DNA from: Puccinia triticina
Lineage: Eukaryota
NCBI GenBank assembly: GCA_026914245.1
Contig: CP110439.1
Location: forward strand, 3,906,001-3,970,000
Direction: 5' to 3'
Length of the DNA stretch: 64,000 nt
This document shows positions 50,201 through 62,920 of this stretch, piece after piece. The position numbers and the translations under genes were made by a program. How positions within the stretch are numbered: position 1 is the first letter of the stretch; every line of letters begins with the position of its first letter. The notes below the pieces were generated by a model that worked only from the letters and a program-made list of their open reading frames with translations, did no database searches and was not told the origin of the DNA.

Positions 50201-51232
50201 TAGTGCCAGAGGCACTATTCATAGTGCCAGAGGCACTATTCATAGTGCCAGAGGCACTATTCATAGTGCCAGAGGCACTATTCATAGTGCCAGAGGCACT
50301 ATTCATAGTGCCAGAGGCACTATTCATAGTGCCAGAGGCACTATTCATAGTGCCAGAGGCACTATTCATAGTACCGGGGCACTATTTATAGTGCCAGAGG
50401 CACTATTCATAGTACCGGGGCACTATTCATAGTACCGGGGCACTATTCATAGTGCCAGAGGCACTATTCATAGTACCGGGGCACTATTCATAGTGCCAGA
50501 GGCACTATTCATAGTACCGGGGCACTATTCATAGTGCCAGAGGCACTATTCATAGTACCGGGGCACTATTCATAGTGCCAGAGGCACTATTCATAGTACC
50601 GGGGCACTATTCATAGTGCCAGAGGCACTATTCATAGTACCGGGGCACTATTCATAGTGCCAGAGGCACTATTCATAGTACCGGGGCACTATTCATAGTG
50701 CCAGAGGCACTATTCATAGTACCGGGGCACTATTCATAGTGCCAGAGGCACTATTCATAGTACCGGGGCACTATTCATAGTGCCAGAGGCACTATTCATA
50801 GTACCGGGGCACTATTCATAGTACCGGGGCACTATTCATAGTGCCAGAGGCACTATTCATAGTACCGGGGCACTATTCATAGTGCCAGAGGCACTATTCA
50901 TAGTACCGGGGCACTATTCATAGTGCCAGAGGCACTATTCATAGTACTGGGGCACTATTCATAGTGCCAGAGCCACTATTCATAGTACCGGGGCACTATT
51001 CATAGTGCCAGAGGCACTATTCATAGTACCAGGGCACTATTCATAGTGCCAGAGGCACTTCCAAGAGTGCCAGAGGCAATATTTGGAGTACTGGAGGCAC
51101 TATTAAAAGTACCGGAGGCACTATACAAAGTACCAGGGCCACATTCATAGTGCCAGAGGCACTATTCAGAGTACAGGTTCCCTATTAATAGTGCCAGAGG
51201 CAATATTCAGAGTACCGGGGCCCTATTCATTA
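44225..51232. repeat. Satellite of 21-bp (GAATAGTGCCTCTGGCACTAT) and 20-bp (GAATAGTGCCCYGGTACTAT) units, roughly 320 units, orientation switch at ~48790-49010
   Basis: Directly visible. Mostly a 41-bp A+B dimer, a pure 21-mer run at ~49009-50370, and degenerate edges on both sides. Confidence 0.98.
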
Positions 51233-54200
51233 TTATTTTTCAACTTCAAAGTACATTTTGGTCTGATTCAACTCCTGCAACAGAGACTGCAGACTGGAAT
51301 CTAATTTTACCCAAAAGATACCTAAATGGAAAGTTAATGGTGCATGAAGTTTGCTTTCTTGATTTAGGTCTCCTGAACTAGAACCTGCATCATGTTTAAA
51401 ACACCCTACTGGGCCAATTTATATTTGTGTCAGATGATACATCTTCAAAATCAACCTCACACAAGTTTCTGCACCTTTTTTCTGATTGACTTAGCAGATA
51501 AGCCTCTCCTTTGGGGTCCCTGTGGGATTATGTCCCCCCAAGAAATAGTTAAATCTCATTCTTGTTCTGTTCCTTTTTTAAACCCTTGATAACTGATTTG
51601 ATGTTGCACACTGGAGGCCCTCCCGGATATCTGGAAATTCAGATCTGAGCAGACAGATTTTACATTTTGTAGGGAAATCTAGGTCCCTGAAGCTCCCAGA
51701 ACTTAATTGATCCAGATTTCCAACCTTCAAATTTCCCCACAAAATATAAAATTCCAGATTTTTCCAAAGTTGACTGGAAGTGCCCCAGTACTATGCATAT
51801 GCAACTAAGACAATATAGTGCACACATCAATTAAACACAGCTACAAGTTGAAAATCCCCAAAGGCCCTATGGATGACCCCCCATCTGTGCCACAGCAGCA
51901 AGAATAAAGGGCTGGTTGTTAGTTTTTCCAGGAAGGGCCACATCAAGTGGTCACCGGGCTCCCAGAGAGGGGGTAGCTCAAAACTGGATTCCCTGGGGCT
52001 CAATCTCATGGAAATACCAGACTCTCTGCCACAACTTCTCTCAAAAACTCATCATATTCAATGGGCCTCCTGATGGCATTTACCAAATTAATTGACCTTT
52101 TTCTTTGATCAAGCAAGCCTCTCATTACTAATCTTCATTTCATTGCATTTTTTTCATGTATCCACTCAAATGGAGTGGGGAGGACACTTTGTCATACCCT
52201 TCTTCAAATTCCTGTAGAAATGAATTTGAAAACTATCCTTGGCATGTGTATTTCAAAAATCTCTTTCAACACACATGTTCTGCATGAGAATGTTCCCACT
52301 ATGAAGCTGCAATTTCCAATGAATTTTCAACAGATTGGGTTCCCACCCTTTTTTCCCCCTTTCTGAAGGGTTCCCTGCATTAAGTGATGCACTGGTGCAG
52401 ATCTAAAAAAAAAAAAAAACAGCTGCTCAGTTATGCCTGAAACTATGAACTGCCTGGTCTTGTATGGTGCAAAGAAAAATTGATTGGGGTAAATTAGCAG
52501 ATTGATTATGGGAGATGTTTTGTGGGGAGGGGAACATATACCTTTGTCAATCATTTCTCTGTGAATAGCAGTTCGCCACTGTGATAGCAAAACACTAACT
52601 ACTAGTCAGCTCGTCTTTTATCTTTTCATTTGCCTTCTGGACAGTCCAGAAACCAGGTCATGAGCTTGGGATTGCATCGGGTCATCTGACCGAGATTGCA
52701 TCGGCAAGGCCGATATTGCATCGGCGGAGAACGACATTGTGTCGACCTGCGGCGGGTTTGCATCAAGCTAGAGTGATATTGTATCGAGTGAAACCGGTGT
52801 TGTGTCGACCAGCGCCAAGGTTGCATCGAGCCATACCGGTGAAGACTTGCGACTGCCGATCCAAAAGCGGTGCAACATGATTTTGAGTCGCCCATTGCGT
52901 CGCTGATGGCCGATGCAATGTTGCTTTGGGCCGATGTTGAGTTGGGGGGCATTTGAGTCGGTTTACGACCTGGTCGACACACCATCGACCAAGGGTTGCG
53001 TCGGTGGGATGTCTGGCAATGTTACATCGCCCACCGGCCTTTTCAAATCGGACCACGGCGATGTAATGTCTGCCATCGCCGATGTAACATCGCCAGACAA
53101 TTACGTCGGACGCTTGCGCCGATGTAACAACGGTTCAAAATGTCCGACGTAAGCGCGGATGTAGCCATCCGATACAATCGTATTGGCAGTGCTCCCAAAA
53201 CAACCAGCCAAAAATCCTGGTTTTTCTCTATCTTTCTGTGTACTTCTTGATCAATAAACTATAGGAATTTTCATTTTATTGTGTTTTTTATTGCTTGTAC
53301 GGTCTGTGGCTGCTATGGCCCTGGTGCCAATTGCACAAGGTGCCTCCAAGAGAGACTCTTGCTACAGCATATCCAAGAAATTTTGCTTCAAAATTCTGGG
53401 ACTGGAAAAATTTGGAAAGAGAAACAATTATGCTTCTTCACCCTGTATTGATACCGGTATTGCAAAAGCCCTCAGAGGAATAAATCATAAACTTTTCAAT
53501 TTTGGGATTAATGCTTTTATACTGGCCCATTGTATAGCATAACCCATAATTGTTAGGGCCGGTACCATTGCAGCTTGAAAAGCTGCTTTTCAGCTGGAAA
53601 TTGGCTTTTCTGACAGAAAACAGTTTCCCCTCAAAGTTTTGTCCCACAGCACATGTTTTTGGGGTAAGCCAGTCATCATGGAAATGGCCAATTTGCATAA
53701 ACAGGCCCAACACTGTTTTCTCCATCAATTTCCATGATTGCTGCGCATGGCCACCCAGTCCCAAAAGTTCTTCCTTCTACCAATGCAAATTATTTTTTGC
53801 TCTCCTCCACCCTCCTGGACTGCTCTATTGTATTATATTGTTCTGGGAGGAATCCTCCCATTATTCATCTGAGATCTCCACCCAATATAACTAGATTGGT
53901 CCAAGAGGAAGAAGGGGAGTGTTCCCCTTGGTCCAATGTATTGGTCTGAGAGGATCTGTCTCCTCTTTTCCCTTGGACAGGACATTCTATGTATTGGTCA
54001 GAGAAGAATCCTCTCCCTCTTCCTCTCCACCTAAAACTACTATGTGGAGGTCTGAGAGGAAGGGAGAGGTTTGGTACTCCTTCCTTTTATTTTGAACAAA
54101 TACACAATGTGTATAGTATTGGCCTGGTGTTGAGGAACCCCCTCCTTGGAGTCAGACTACATAATGTGCTATGTATGTATGTATGTATGTATGTATTTAT

Positions 54201-54966
54201 GTATGTACATACATAGTCCAAGCAGAGAAAATTGGTATATACATATCTTGCAGCAGGGAACTTTTGGTTATGGTAGGTTATTGTTCAAGTTTGTGGGGAG
54301 CTGTTTTTATTTCTTGTTATACAAAATATTGAAAAAGAAATCTGTTTTCCAAAACAAATTTTTCATGGTACAGGCACTTATTCCCAGGAGCATTCCCATT
54401 TGAAAGAAAATTTCTTTATGCCACTGTAATCTTCAGCCTCACATCCTGTACACATGGCTGTACAGGATGCAAAATGGCAGATGGCCGCTGGTCCCACCGG
54501 AGAAACTCAAAACTGCTTTCTATCAAGCTGGCTGCACCAGGCTGGCCCTAAAAAGGGAGATGTCTCCATTGGTTCAGCTCCCAACATGTGAAGCTCAAAA
54601 TTTTAGATGTTGCAATTTTTACCCCAATAGCTGAAGCCTTAGTAACTGGCTCAATACAGGGCAGAGAATCATTATTTTTTATTATTGCAATTTTTACTGG
54701 TCCCTCAATGCAATCTTTTTGAAAAGTTCTGTAATTCTCTCATTTCTTATGGTTTGGTGGGCTCATCAGTACCAGGCAAGAGTAGCAGCCAAATGGATAT
54801 TGGCGGACTTCCCGTGCAATCTGGGACCCCCGCAAATGTTGGTTTAGACCCAAAAAGTTTAGATTTTTGCTGGGAAATCTAACTTTTTTGGCTCTAGATC
54901 ACTTCTGGGAGGCCCGTGGATCATTGATTGAATGACTCCCCATCTCACTTGCAGTTATGGATATAG

Positions 54967-55912
54967 TGTCAGCCTTAGAGACAGCACAGCTGGCCTAAAG
55001 TCTGCCTTTTCTACTCTTTTACACCTAAATCCCCTTATATCTTTTTCATCTTAAGATTTATCCTTATTTAGACTTCATATTCTGTTTTCTCATGCATTTT
55101 TAACCCTAGTTACAACTTACCATTCCTTTTTAACTCTACTCCTTCCCTGAGTTCTTGAGTTGTGGCGCGCATGCGCAGGTGTGATGTGTAAGCGCTACCA
55201 GGCGCGCCAACCACATGTACATATGTAATTACATGAGTAAACTGTGAAAATTTTTGAAGTCAGGATCCCCGTTGCCTAAGGAGGATCTACAGACTTCAGA
55301 CACCCAGAACCACACCCCCAGATAACCCAGGATCACCACCAAAGAGGATACTACGCTCCCAGTACACCTACCATCACAGGTGCCTAGGATATTGACAGTA
55401 AGTATTGCTCTCTCACTGAACCTTGATTATCTCAGAGTTAAAACTCTGTGTCTCTTTGATTGCTCTCTTTCTTTGCTTTCTTTTGCCAATCTTAGATCAT
55501 GGTCTTCTCATATCTTGACCTCATAACCAAAGGATTCTGCTTCAATTCATCTTTCTTTTTCTGTGGTTTTTGTAAGAAACAAACCGCATTGATTTCCCTT
55601 TAAGAACCTTGACTATCCAGAGAGAAATCTAAAAAATTGTGGCTGATTAGACTTGTCTAATTCAGAGGCCCTCCATGTTTCTTTGGTGAGAGGAGGCTGT
55701 TGCACTCTCTAGCACAGCTTGGTAACACTCCCTTAAACAGGTAGCATTGCCAGTGGAAGTTAGTACCCACCAGAATATCATTGAAAATCTGCATATCTTG
55801 ACTCTGCTCTTCTTCTCTCTCTCTCTCTCTTTTTCTCATCTCAAATATTTGTAATTTCTTTATCCCAAGAAATCCAAATATTGCCCACCCATTTCCTTAT
55901 GTCCTGTTGTCA
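54967..55912 (+). mobile_element. Probable solo LTR
   Basis: TGTCAGCCTTAGAGA start shared with the solo LTR at 35814. Ends TGTCA with an imperfect TATAG flank. Inverted relative at ~59700-60476. Confidence 0.6.
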
Positions 55913-56029
55913 CTATAGAGACTCAGGCTCACATATAGACTCAAAAATTCTAGATTTTCACAGGGAAATCTAGCTTTGGGGGCTCCAGATCACTTCTGGG
56001 AGACCCTCAGATCTTGACAGGAAGTCAAC

Positions 56030-56592
56030 CATTGGAGGACTTCCCGTTGCGGCTTGCCTAAAAGGCTTGATTTAGAGGAGACCACTAAACCTTGTTTGCT
56101 GGTGAAAACTCAATAGGGGGGTTCACAATTGATTTTTACTCAACTTTGGAGCCAAATTTAAGGCCTTTGTGAACAAAATTTCAAAATTTTGGGAAAATGC
56201 ACAGCAGCAGGTGATACAGATCAATCAGTGCAATCTATCAGTTTTCTAAAAAACTGTTCATAAACACCTTAAAATGTGTCCCAAAGTTTTTGTAAATTTC
56301 AATTGTGAACCCCCCTAATATCAAGGTGTTCAAAGTTGAAATCATAAAATTTTCAATACATAAAATCATAAAATCATAAAATTTTCAAATGATGATTTTA
56401 TATGTACCATTTTAGAAATGGTGCTCTAATTTGAGTGTTTGGGTGGTACATAAATTTATCAGCTTATTTTATGGTGTTATGATTTTATGCAAGTCAACTT
56501 TGAACACCCTAATCAATCAATTTTCACCAGGCAGTAAGGTTTAGCCTGTCCCTCTAGATTAAGCAGTTTAGCCAACAGAAAGTCCTCCATTA
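56030..56592. mobile_element. MITE nest: TGGAGGACTT-family MITE holding two smaller MITEs (56116-56315, ~56324-56509)
   Basis: Three TIR pairs: TGGAGGACTT/AAGTCCTCCA, GGGGGGTTCACAATTGA/TCAATTGTGAACCCCCC and GGTGTTCAAAGTTGA/TCAACTTTGAACACC. Confidence 0.8.
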
Positions 56593-57378
56593 TTATCTCA
56601 AAATATGTCAAGTAGAATTTTAAAGTGTCTGAGTTGCAAGGAGGCCAAAAAAGCTACAAAAACCCACTGCTCTCAGGCCATGGCTGAGACTTTGCTCATA
56701 AGCCCCTCTTCCAGAGGCTCACTCTCTCATTCGTTGTTTACATAAAAGGAATGCCAGCTACATAATTGATTCAAGTTAGTCTGGATCATTGTCATGACAA
56801 GTAAATCAATACAAAAAGATTCAATTTTTCCATCAACACTGTGCAATACAGAGATGACTCCAGCTTGACCAAAATCCCTGTAAGCTTGGAGGCGCAATCA
56901 AAGGCCCCTCTGGTCATCACAATTTCGCAGGCGTCGCGCGTTCCGTCGCGTCTGTGTGAGGCAGTCAAGTTAGGACACGACCTGTTGTGAACCGCGGTTC
57001 GTTGGTCTGTCAAATGGGTCCTGTTGGATTCAGCACGTGAGCCAAACAAAGCTGTGCGGAACTATTCTGAGTGCTAATGGCAGTCCTAGCCAAATATACC
57101 AGTAGGATAAGGTCATAAACCTTCTTAGATGCAATGCATTTTCAGTATGACCTCAGATTTCCCCAGCTAAAGAACCTTTGATCCATAGAAAATCAAGCCA
57201 ATTTTTCGTAGGAGTTCATCCCTAGGAAGGGATATAGCTCCCCCTTACGCTTAAGTCCTCATGAGAGTATCTCTTTCCACTGCCAGCCATTCGAACCGAT
57301 ACGCCGAAGCAGGACCTTTTCTGGAAGCCGTCACGTTCCCATCTATCCAGTGGCGACTGTGATAATATATAACTCAGC

Positions 57379-58862
57379 ATGCATCCTTCATCCGGGGCCA
57401 AGAAGGCATCTCTGTCTCAACTGCCGCTTGAAATCAAACAACGCATTGTCCATCATGTTGTGATGCAAACAGAGAAGAGACATACTTACTTTCACAAACC
57501 TTTACCACTTTCCTTGGTCGATCGAACGTTTTATGAACTCTGTCGTCCGTTTGAATGGAATGTACGTACGGTTTCGCACATTCTCCAGACTTTCTAGCTC
57601 TGCTTTCTTTTCCTGGCTGTATCCATTTGTTTGCGGCTGGATATGTTGATACTTTCGGAGGCAGCTTCTGATGATTCTTGTAATTTTTACTGATGTAGGA
57701 GCTCAGCCTGCCGTGTCAGGCTATACCCAACCTCGAAAAATTCATCCACCAATCCCTACCTCGTCAGGCAAATCATGTAAGATCAATACTTATCGGAGTA
57801 CACGAACAGCCGCCGAGTCACTCAGATGGCATATTTCCTAGAAAGCAGTTATGCCACATCTTGAAAGTCTGTACCAATTTAACGAAGCTTAACATACGCC
57901 TCGAATGTGCAGCTTGGCTGGATCAGTTTGGAAACTTGATCATTGACCCTGTGCATAGACCGATGTCAACCTTGTTACAACCCATTTCTCAACTTTCCAA
58001 CATAACGTACCTCACTCTGGACAATCTGAACGGGCATAGATGCATGTTTGACGAACAGTTCTTGGTCAGAATCTTAAGAAATCTGGTGCATCTCGTTTCT
58101 CTTCGAATCAACAAAGTTGGAACCTCTTTCCCAACGTGCGACTTCGATGATCAACCACCGGTTCAGCCGTTGGTGTCACCGCTGGCAATTCACCTCGCTT
58201 CGCTATCCTCTCTCAAGTTTATACACTTCTCATACATGCACTGCTTCGATTCGGGATGGAGTACAATCAAGTGGAAAGGAGCGCTCGAAGGGATCACCCT
58301 ACGCAAAAGCATGGTTTCACTTCGTGCCGTGCACGCTTTTTGCAGCCTCTTTGAAGATAGTCTAGTCTATCTCTCACTTTACTTGGTTCCTGTAAACAAA
58401 ACTCCAACATACGAAATACCCGAATCAGATCGTGGATGTGTTTTCCGCTTGCCCAGGCTGAAGAGGCTGTCTGTCTATAATAAGTATATAATCCCATTTC
58501 TTAGATTGTTCCGAGAGTCGCCCAACATCACCCGCATCAGTATCATATACTACAGCTCACTTAAAGGTATCGTCGACTTGATAAATCGCGCCGATCCAAC
58601 ATGGATTAACCTGAAGTCTTTGTTGGTACACGGAAGAAGGTGGCAATTCAGCCGTGATGCGATCTCAGACCTCATCAAGCAAGGTGCGGAAGCCGGCGTG
58701 AAAGTAGAATGTGGTATATTGAAGAAAGTACGCCAGCCCTTTTTCGAGGAAGATGAATTTTCGACTGAATCGGATAGTGTAGAAGAATCTGACGAAGAAA
58801 TTGAGAGCCAAGACAAACATCAAGATGTTGGGCAAATCTCAGATTGCTATAAATCACCATGA
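57379..58862 (+). CDS. F-box-like N-terminus plus LRR/RNI-like repeats and acidic tail, ~448 aa, exons 57379-57561 and 57699-58862
   Basis: LSQLPLEIKQRIV..LSLVDRTFYELCRP, then LxxLxL repeats. The GTACGT..TAG intron joins in frame with ORF 57861-58862. Confidence 0.85.
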
Positions 58863-59699
58863 AGTGCAGTCATGCCTTTGCAGCAAGTCGATCCGCGGAT
58901 TTCAACGTGAATTGTTCTTGAAGTCAAAAAGCCAAACGTTGAGCCAGAAGGATTATGTGATTAACTTATTGCTTGTTTCATTTCCTCTTAAACGTGTTAG
59001 GAGCTTTCTGAGGTGAAGAATAAATGTTCTCTTGTATTTGGGATCCATCAACTTGTTAGGCTAGAGTAGACTAGAGACACACGAAATAGAAATGGATATG
59101 AAATTTATTGGATCAGAAATAGAGAGAATGTATTTGTAAATGAGGAAAGCTTTACTTAACGTTAAATTTGAGTGGCCTGAAGCCTTGGAGGTGTTAGTCA
59201 TTGCAAAATTTCAAAGCATCTACACAGTGGGCCCTATACCACATAGGGCCTGCGGGTCCCAAAACCACAGCCGCTGCAGGGTCAAGGGTTGAAAGTCCCT
59301 ATCAAGCTGGGTGTAAGTGAAATTGATTTAGCTTAACAAAGCCTCTGTGGAGGAGGGCACACCTAGCTTAGCACAATTGGTAATGCCCCGCAATTTCAAG
59401 GTGAGTCATTGCTGTCTGCCAACCCAACCCTCACATGTTCAGCCATTATAATTGACCAATTTGATTCATTTCTTGGATGTTTTGAGGAAGTCACATAGGA
59501 ATACAGTGTCTGCAAGCTGTTTAGCATCCATTTCCTGGAGATTTGTGAAATCCATGTTGGCAATGATTTCTTGGTGAGGTTTTTCATCTTAGTGTTTGAT
59601 TTCCTTGTTCTACACAGCGACAAGGCCATGATCAAAGAGACAGATTTTTTTTGGATCCTTGGTGTGGGCATAAAAATTGTCACTTTCTTCAGAGGCGAG

Positions 59700-60476
59700 C
59701 TTTCTGGGGTTGATAGGAGGTAATTGAATTTCATGTTGGGAAAAGCTTACAAGCAGTAGAGAGGAACAGAAAGAGGAAAGAGATCTTTTATGTTATGATT
59801 TGATATGGGCCAAGCTATAGCTGGAAAAGCAGGCTGAAAACTGTGCTGAATGATTGCAAAAGGCTCCACTAACACCAAGGAAATGGTGGTGGGAATCAGA
59901 AGTAGGGTGACTACTCTGCTCTGGTTTTTAAGGTCTTAAAAAGAGATAACCTGTAGATCTTTGAGGTTCAAAGAGTAAAAGAGAAACAGGGAGAGATAAG
60001 TCAAGAGCAAAAGAGTTCACTTTGAGATATAAAAGTTCAGTGAAAGAGGGTACTTACTGTCAATATTCTGTGGTGATACTGGGAGTGAAGTGGCCTCTGT
60101 TTAGTGATCCTATTCCTGAGTGTGTCTTTGGGGTGTGGTTCTGGTGTGATGAAGTCTGTGGATCCTCCTGATGCATGGGGGATCCTGACTTAATTTTCAT
60201 AGTTTGCTTACATAATTGCATATGTACAATTGGTTGCAGGTGTGCCTGGTAGCCCTGCCACGTCACAACTGCCCATGCGTGCCACAACTCAAGAACTCTA
60301 AGAAGGAGTATAGTTACAAAGAATTGCTAAGTTGTAACTAGGGTTAAAATTGCATGAGGAAACAGAATCTGAATTAAAAACATTGACAACTATTGCGATG
60401 AAAAAGATATAAAGGAATTTAGGTATAAAAGAGTAGAAAAGGCAGACTTTAGGCCAGCTACGCTGGCTTGCTGACA
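59700..60476 (-). mobile_element. LTR-like repeat related to 54967-55912 (left boundary uncertain)
   Basis: Minus strand starts TGTCAGC..AGCTGGCCTAAAGTCTGCCTTTTCTACTCTTTTA, matching 54967 onward. Confidence 0.6.
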
Positions 60477-61702
60477 ATAATGCCATCAATTTTTCTTGTT
60501 TCATAGCTTGAGATGGCCATCTGGAACCAGGTACCTGCAATGGGTCCAGGTAACCCCCATCAATATTTCCAATTTTGGGCACCCAGACTTGGGCATGGCA
60601 CCTGCTGGCGGGTACCAGTGGTGCTTCCAACGTAAGCATGGGTACCCCCCCCCCCAATTTTCACCCTTGATAAATAGCTGCTTGCTGTCTTTGAGGGTAG
60701 TGTAGATAAATACACACTCAATAACTGGTCATCAAGAGGGCTGTGTGCCCTCTCAGCAAATGGTCTGCGTCAGTCATTGAGAGGGTACACATGAGAGGAT
60801 TGTGTACCCTCTCAGTGACCGTTCTGTGCCAGTCATCAAGAGGATTGTGTACCAGCTATTTCATGAATAAGTGAAGGGATTTAGAATGAATACCGCCACA
60901 CAAAGAAAGCACAGAGATGAGCCTTTGGGCTCGAGAAGGGGCAGTGAGGGGATGAGAGCTCACCGGATCGGCTCGGATAGGAGGCGCGGATAATGAAGAA
61001 GAAGAACCAATGATGTTATTTCTCTGTGCTAGGCTAGACTAAATAGACTAGATACACAGGGCTGACATGTGGTTGATGCAAAAATGAATATGAAAAGAAA
61101 ATGAATAGAAAGGAAAGGAACCTGATGGAATCTCAGGAGAAGAGAAAGGTGACATACAAGCTATCACAAACAGAGCACGCACATGAGGGAGACATATAGA
61201 AAACTAGCAGGCAAATACAGGCAGGGATTGATGTCACTTGGCTGAGAAGACAAGATAGTATGACCAGAGAAACTACAAGTGAAGAGCGAGCATAGGATAG
61301 GATAGAGTGACAGTCACGGAAAATGAGGCAGAGGGAAAATGAAAACCCAACAATAAGATACTCCTGGCCCATACACTGTACAATTGTGCCCAAATTTCTT
61401 TTGGACACTCCAGCCAGAGTTTTCGCTCTGGGTGTCAAGTTGCTCAAATGTTCAATTTGATTTAAATATTTGCACAAAAATATGCCCTAGAATTTATCAA
61501 CTTAAATAAAATTTGAATACAAATACTAAAATTGATTCAATTTGATGTGCTATGCCCTGTTTTGGCTGGGGCCCATTGGCGGACTGCAGGCAGCCATGGG
61601 CAGCCCAACACATGAACAGGTTTGGGTCAGGCAAAAATTTTGGCAAAACAGACCCAGCCCAACCCCCCCACAGGCAGTCTAAGCCCTCCAAATTTCCATA
61701 AC

Positions 61703-62060
61703 CACACTCCTAGGAACAGAGTCTGATTTGGCACACTCCTACAAACAGAGTGTGCTTTGGAAAACTCCTACAAACAGAGTGTGCTTTGGCACACTCCTAA
61801 GAACAGAGTGTGCTTTGGCACACTCCTAAGAACAGAGTGTGCTTTGGCACACTCCTAAGAACAGAGTGTGCTTTGGCACACTCCTAAGAACAGAGTGTGC
61901 TTTGGCACACTCCTACAAACAGAGTGTGCTTTGGCACGCTCCTACAAACAGAGTGTGCTTTGGCACGCTTTTACAAACAGATTGTGCTTTGGCACACTTC
62001 TACAAACAGAGTGTGCCTTGGCACACTCCTACAAACAGAGTGTTCTTTGGCACACTCCTG
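61703..62060. repeat. 29-bp minisatellite, ~12 copies (CACACTCCTAMRAACAGAGTGTGCTTTGG)
   Basis: Directly visible. The unit contains a CACACTC/GAGTGTG inverted repeat. Confidence 0.95.
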
Positions 62061-62494
62061 CAACTGAGTGGACCTTGGTGTTACATGGTATCTTGGCTAT
62101 CCCATAAAGGATATCTGGTAATTAACACTGAAAATATTTGGGGGGAAAGTCTAAAGAAATGTTGAGATTGGTTGGGTGAGAAAAAGAAAATTGTTACACA
62201 TTCCATTATTTGAGACATACCTCCTTGATCTGCGTGCAGGGAGTCAAAATTATAATATTCAATTGAGTTTTCCCTTTTCAGTCTGTTCAGGAGATCAATG
62301 GAACAATTTGGTCAGATTGTTTTAACAGTGTACACCAGGAAAATAAAATAGTCAGTTTTATCAAGTGAAATCACACCAGCTGCAGCCAGCTACCCACCAT
62401 CTATCCAATATCTATCCACTATCTACCCCAAACTCCCAACCATCTCCTCACCTTCCAAAATTTACCAAGGAGGTCCTGTTCAGTTTTTGATGAG

Positions 62495-62920
62495 CCCAAC
62501 TGATCCTCAGTTCTGTCCAGCTGATACTCAGCTTTGGTACCCAGCTCATACTCAGCTTTTTTGCCCAGCTCATACTCAGCTTTTTCACGCAGCTCACTCT
62601 CAGAATTGGAATAAAGTATTTTGACCAGTCCTAGCCCAGGTGATGCTCAGCTTTGTACTAGTCCTGGTGCAGCTGATGCTCAGCTTTGTACCTGTCCTTG
62701 CTCAGCCTTTTCCTATTCCTGTCCCAGCTGATGCTCAGCTTGCTGAGTATTGTTCCAGGGCCAAAGATGATCATCAGGTGGCCAGTGCCAAAGCTGAGCA
62801 TCAGCTGGGCCAGGGCAAAAACTGAGCATCAGCTGAGCCAGGGTAAAAGCTGAGCATCAGCTGAGCCAGGGTAAAAGCTGAGCATCAGCTGGGCCAGGGC
62901 CAAAGCTGAGCATCATCTGG
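62495..62920. repeat. Palindromic array of GCTGATGCTCAGC motifs (MITE/foldback-like)
   Basis: Motif in one orientation at 62520-62745 and inverted at 62790-62915. Confidence 0.7.

Larger units (their letters stand above)
42282..53191. mobile_element. 10.9-kb palindromic CACTA(CACTG)-terminated element with CTC TSD, ~2-kb inverted arms and central satellite
   Basis: CTC|CACTGCCAATACGATTG ... CAATCGTATTGGCAGTG|CTC. 42282-~44460 is the reverse complement of ~51060-53191. Confidence 0.85.

Noticed and set aside
49005..50391. 454-aa ORFs (MNSASGT)n and (VPEALFI)n
   Set aside because: By-product of a stop-free 21-bp tandem repeat; no unique coding context.
44460..51060. CRISPR-like array
   Set aside because: No unique spacers, no cas genes, eukaryotic context.
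53279..53990. Possible decayed coding or transposase remnant
   Set aside because: No motif I can recognise; would need tBLASTx.
61703..62165. CRISPR or coding interpretation of the 29-bp repeat
   Set aside because: Head-to-tail units without spacers; the ORFs are repeat translations.
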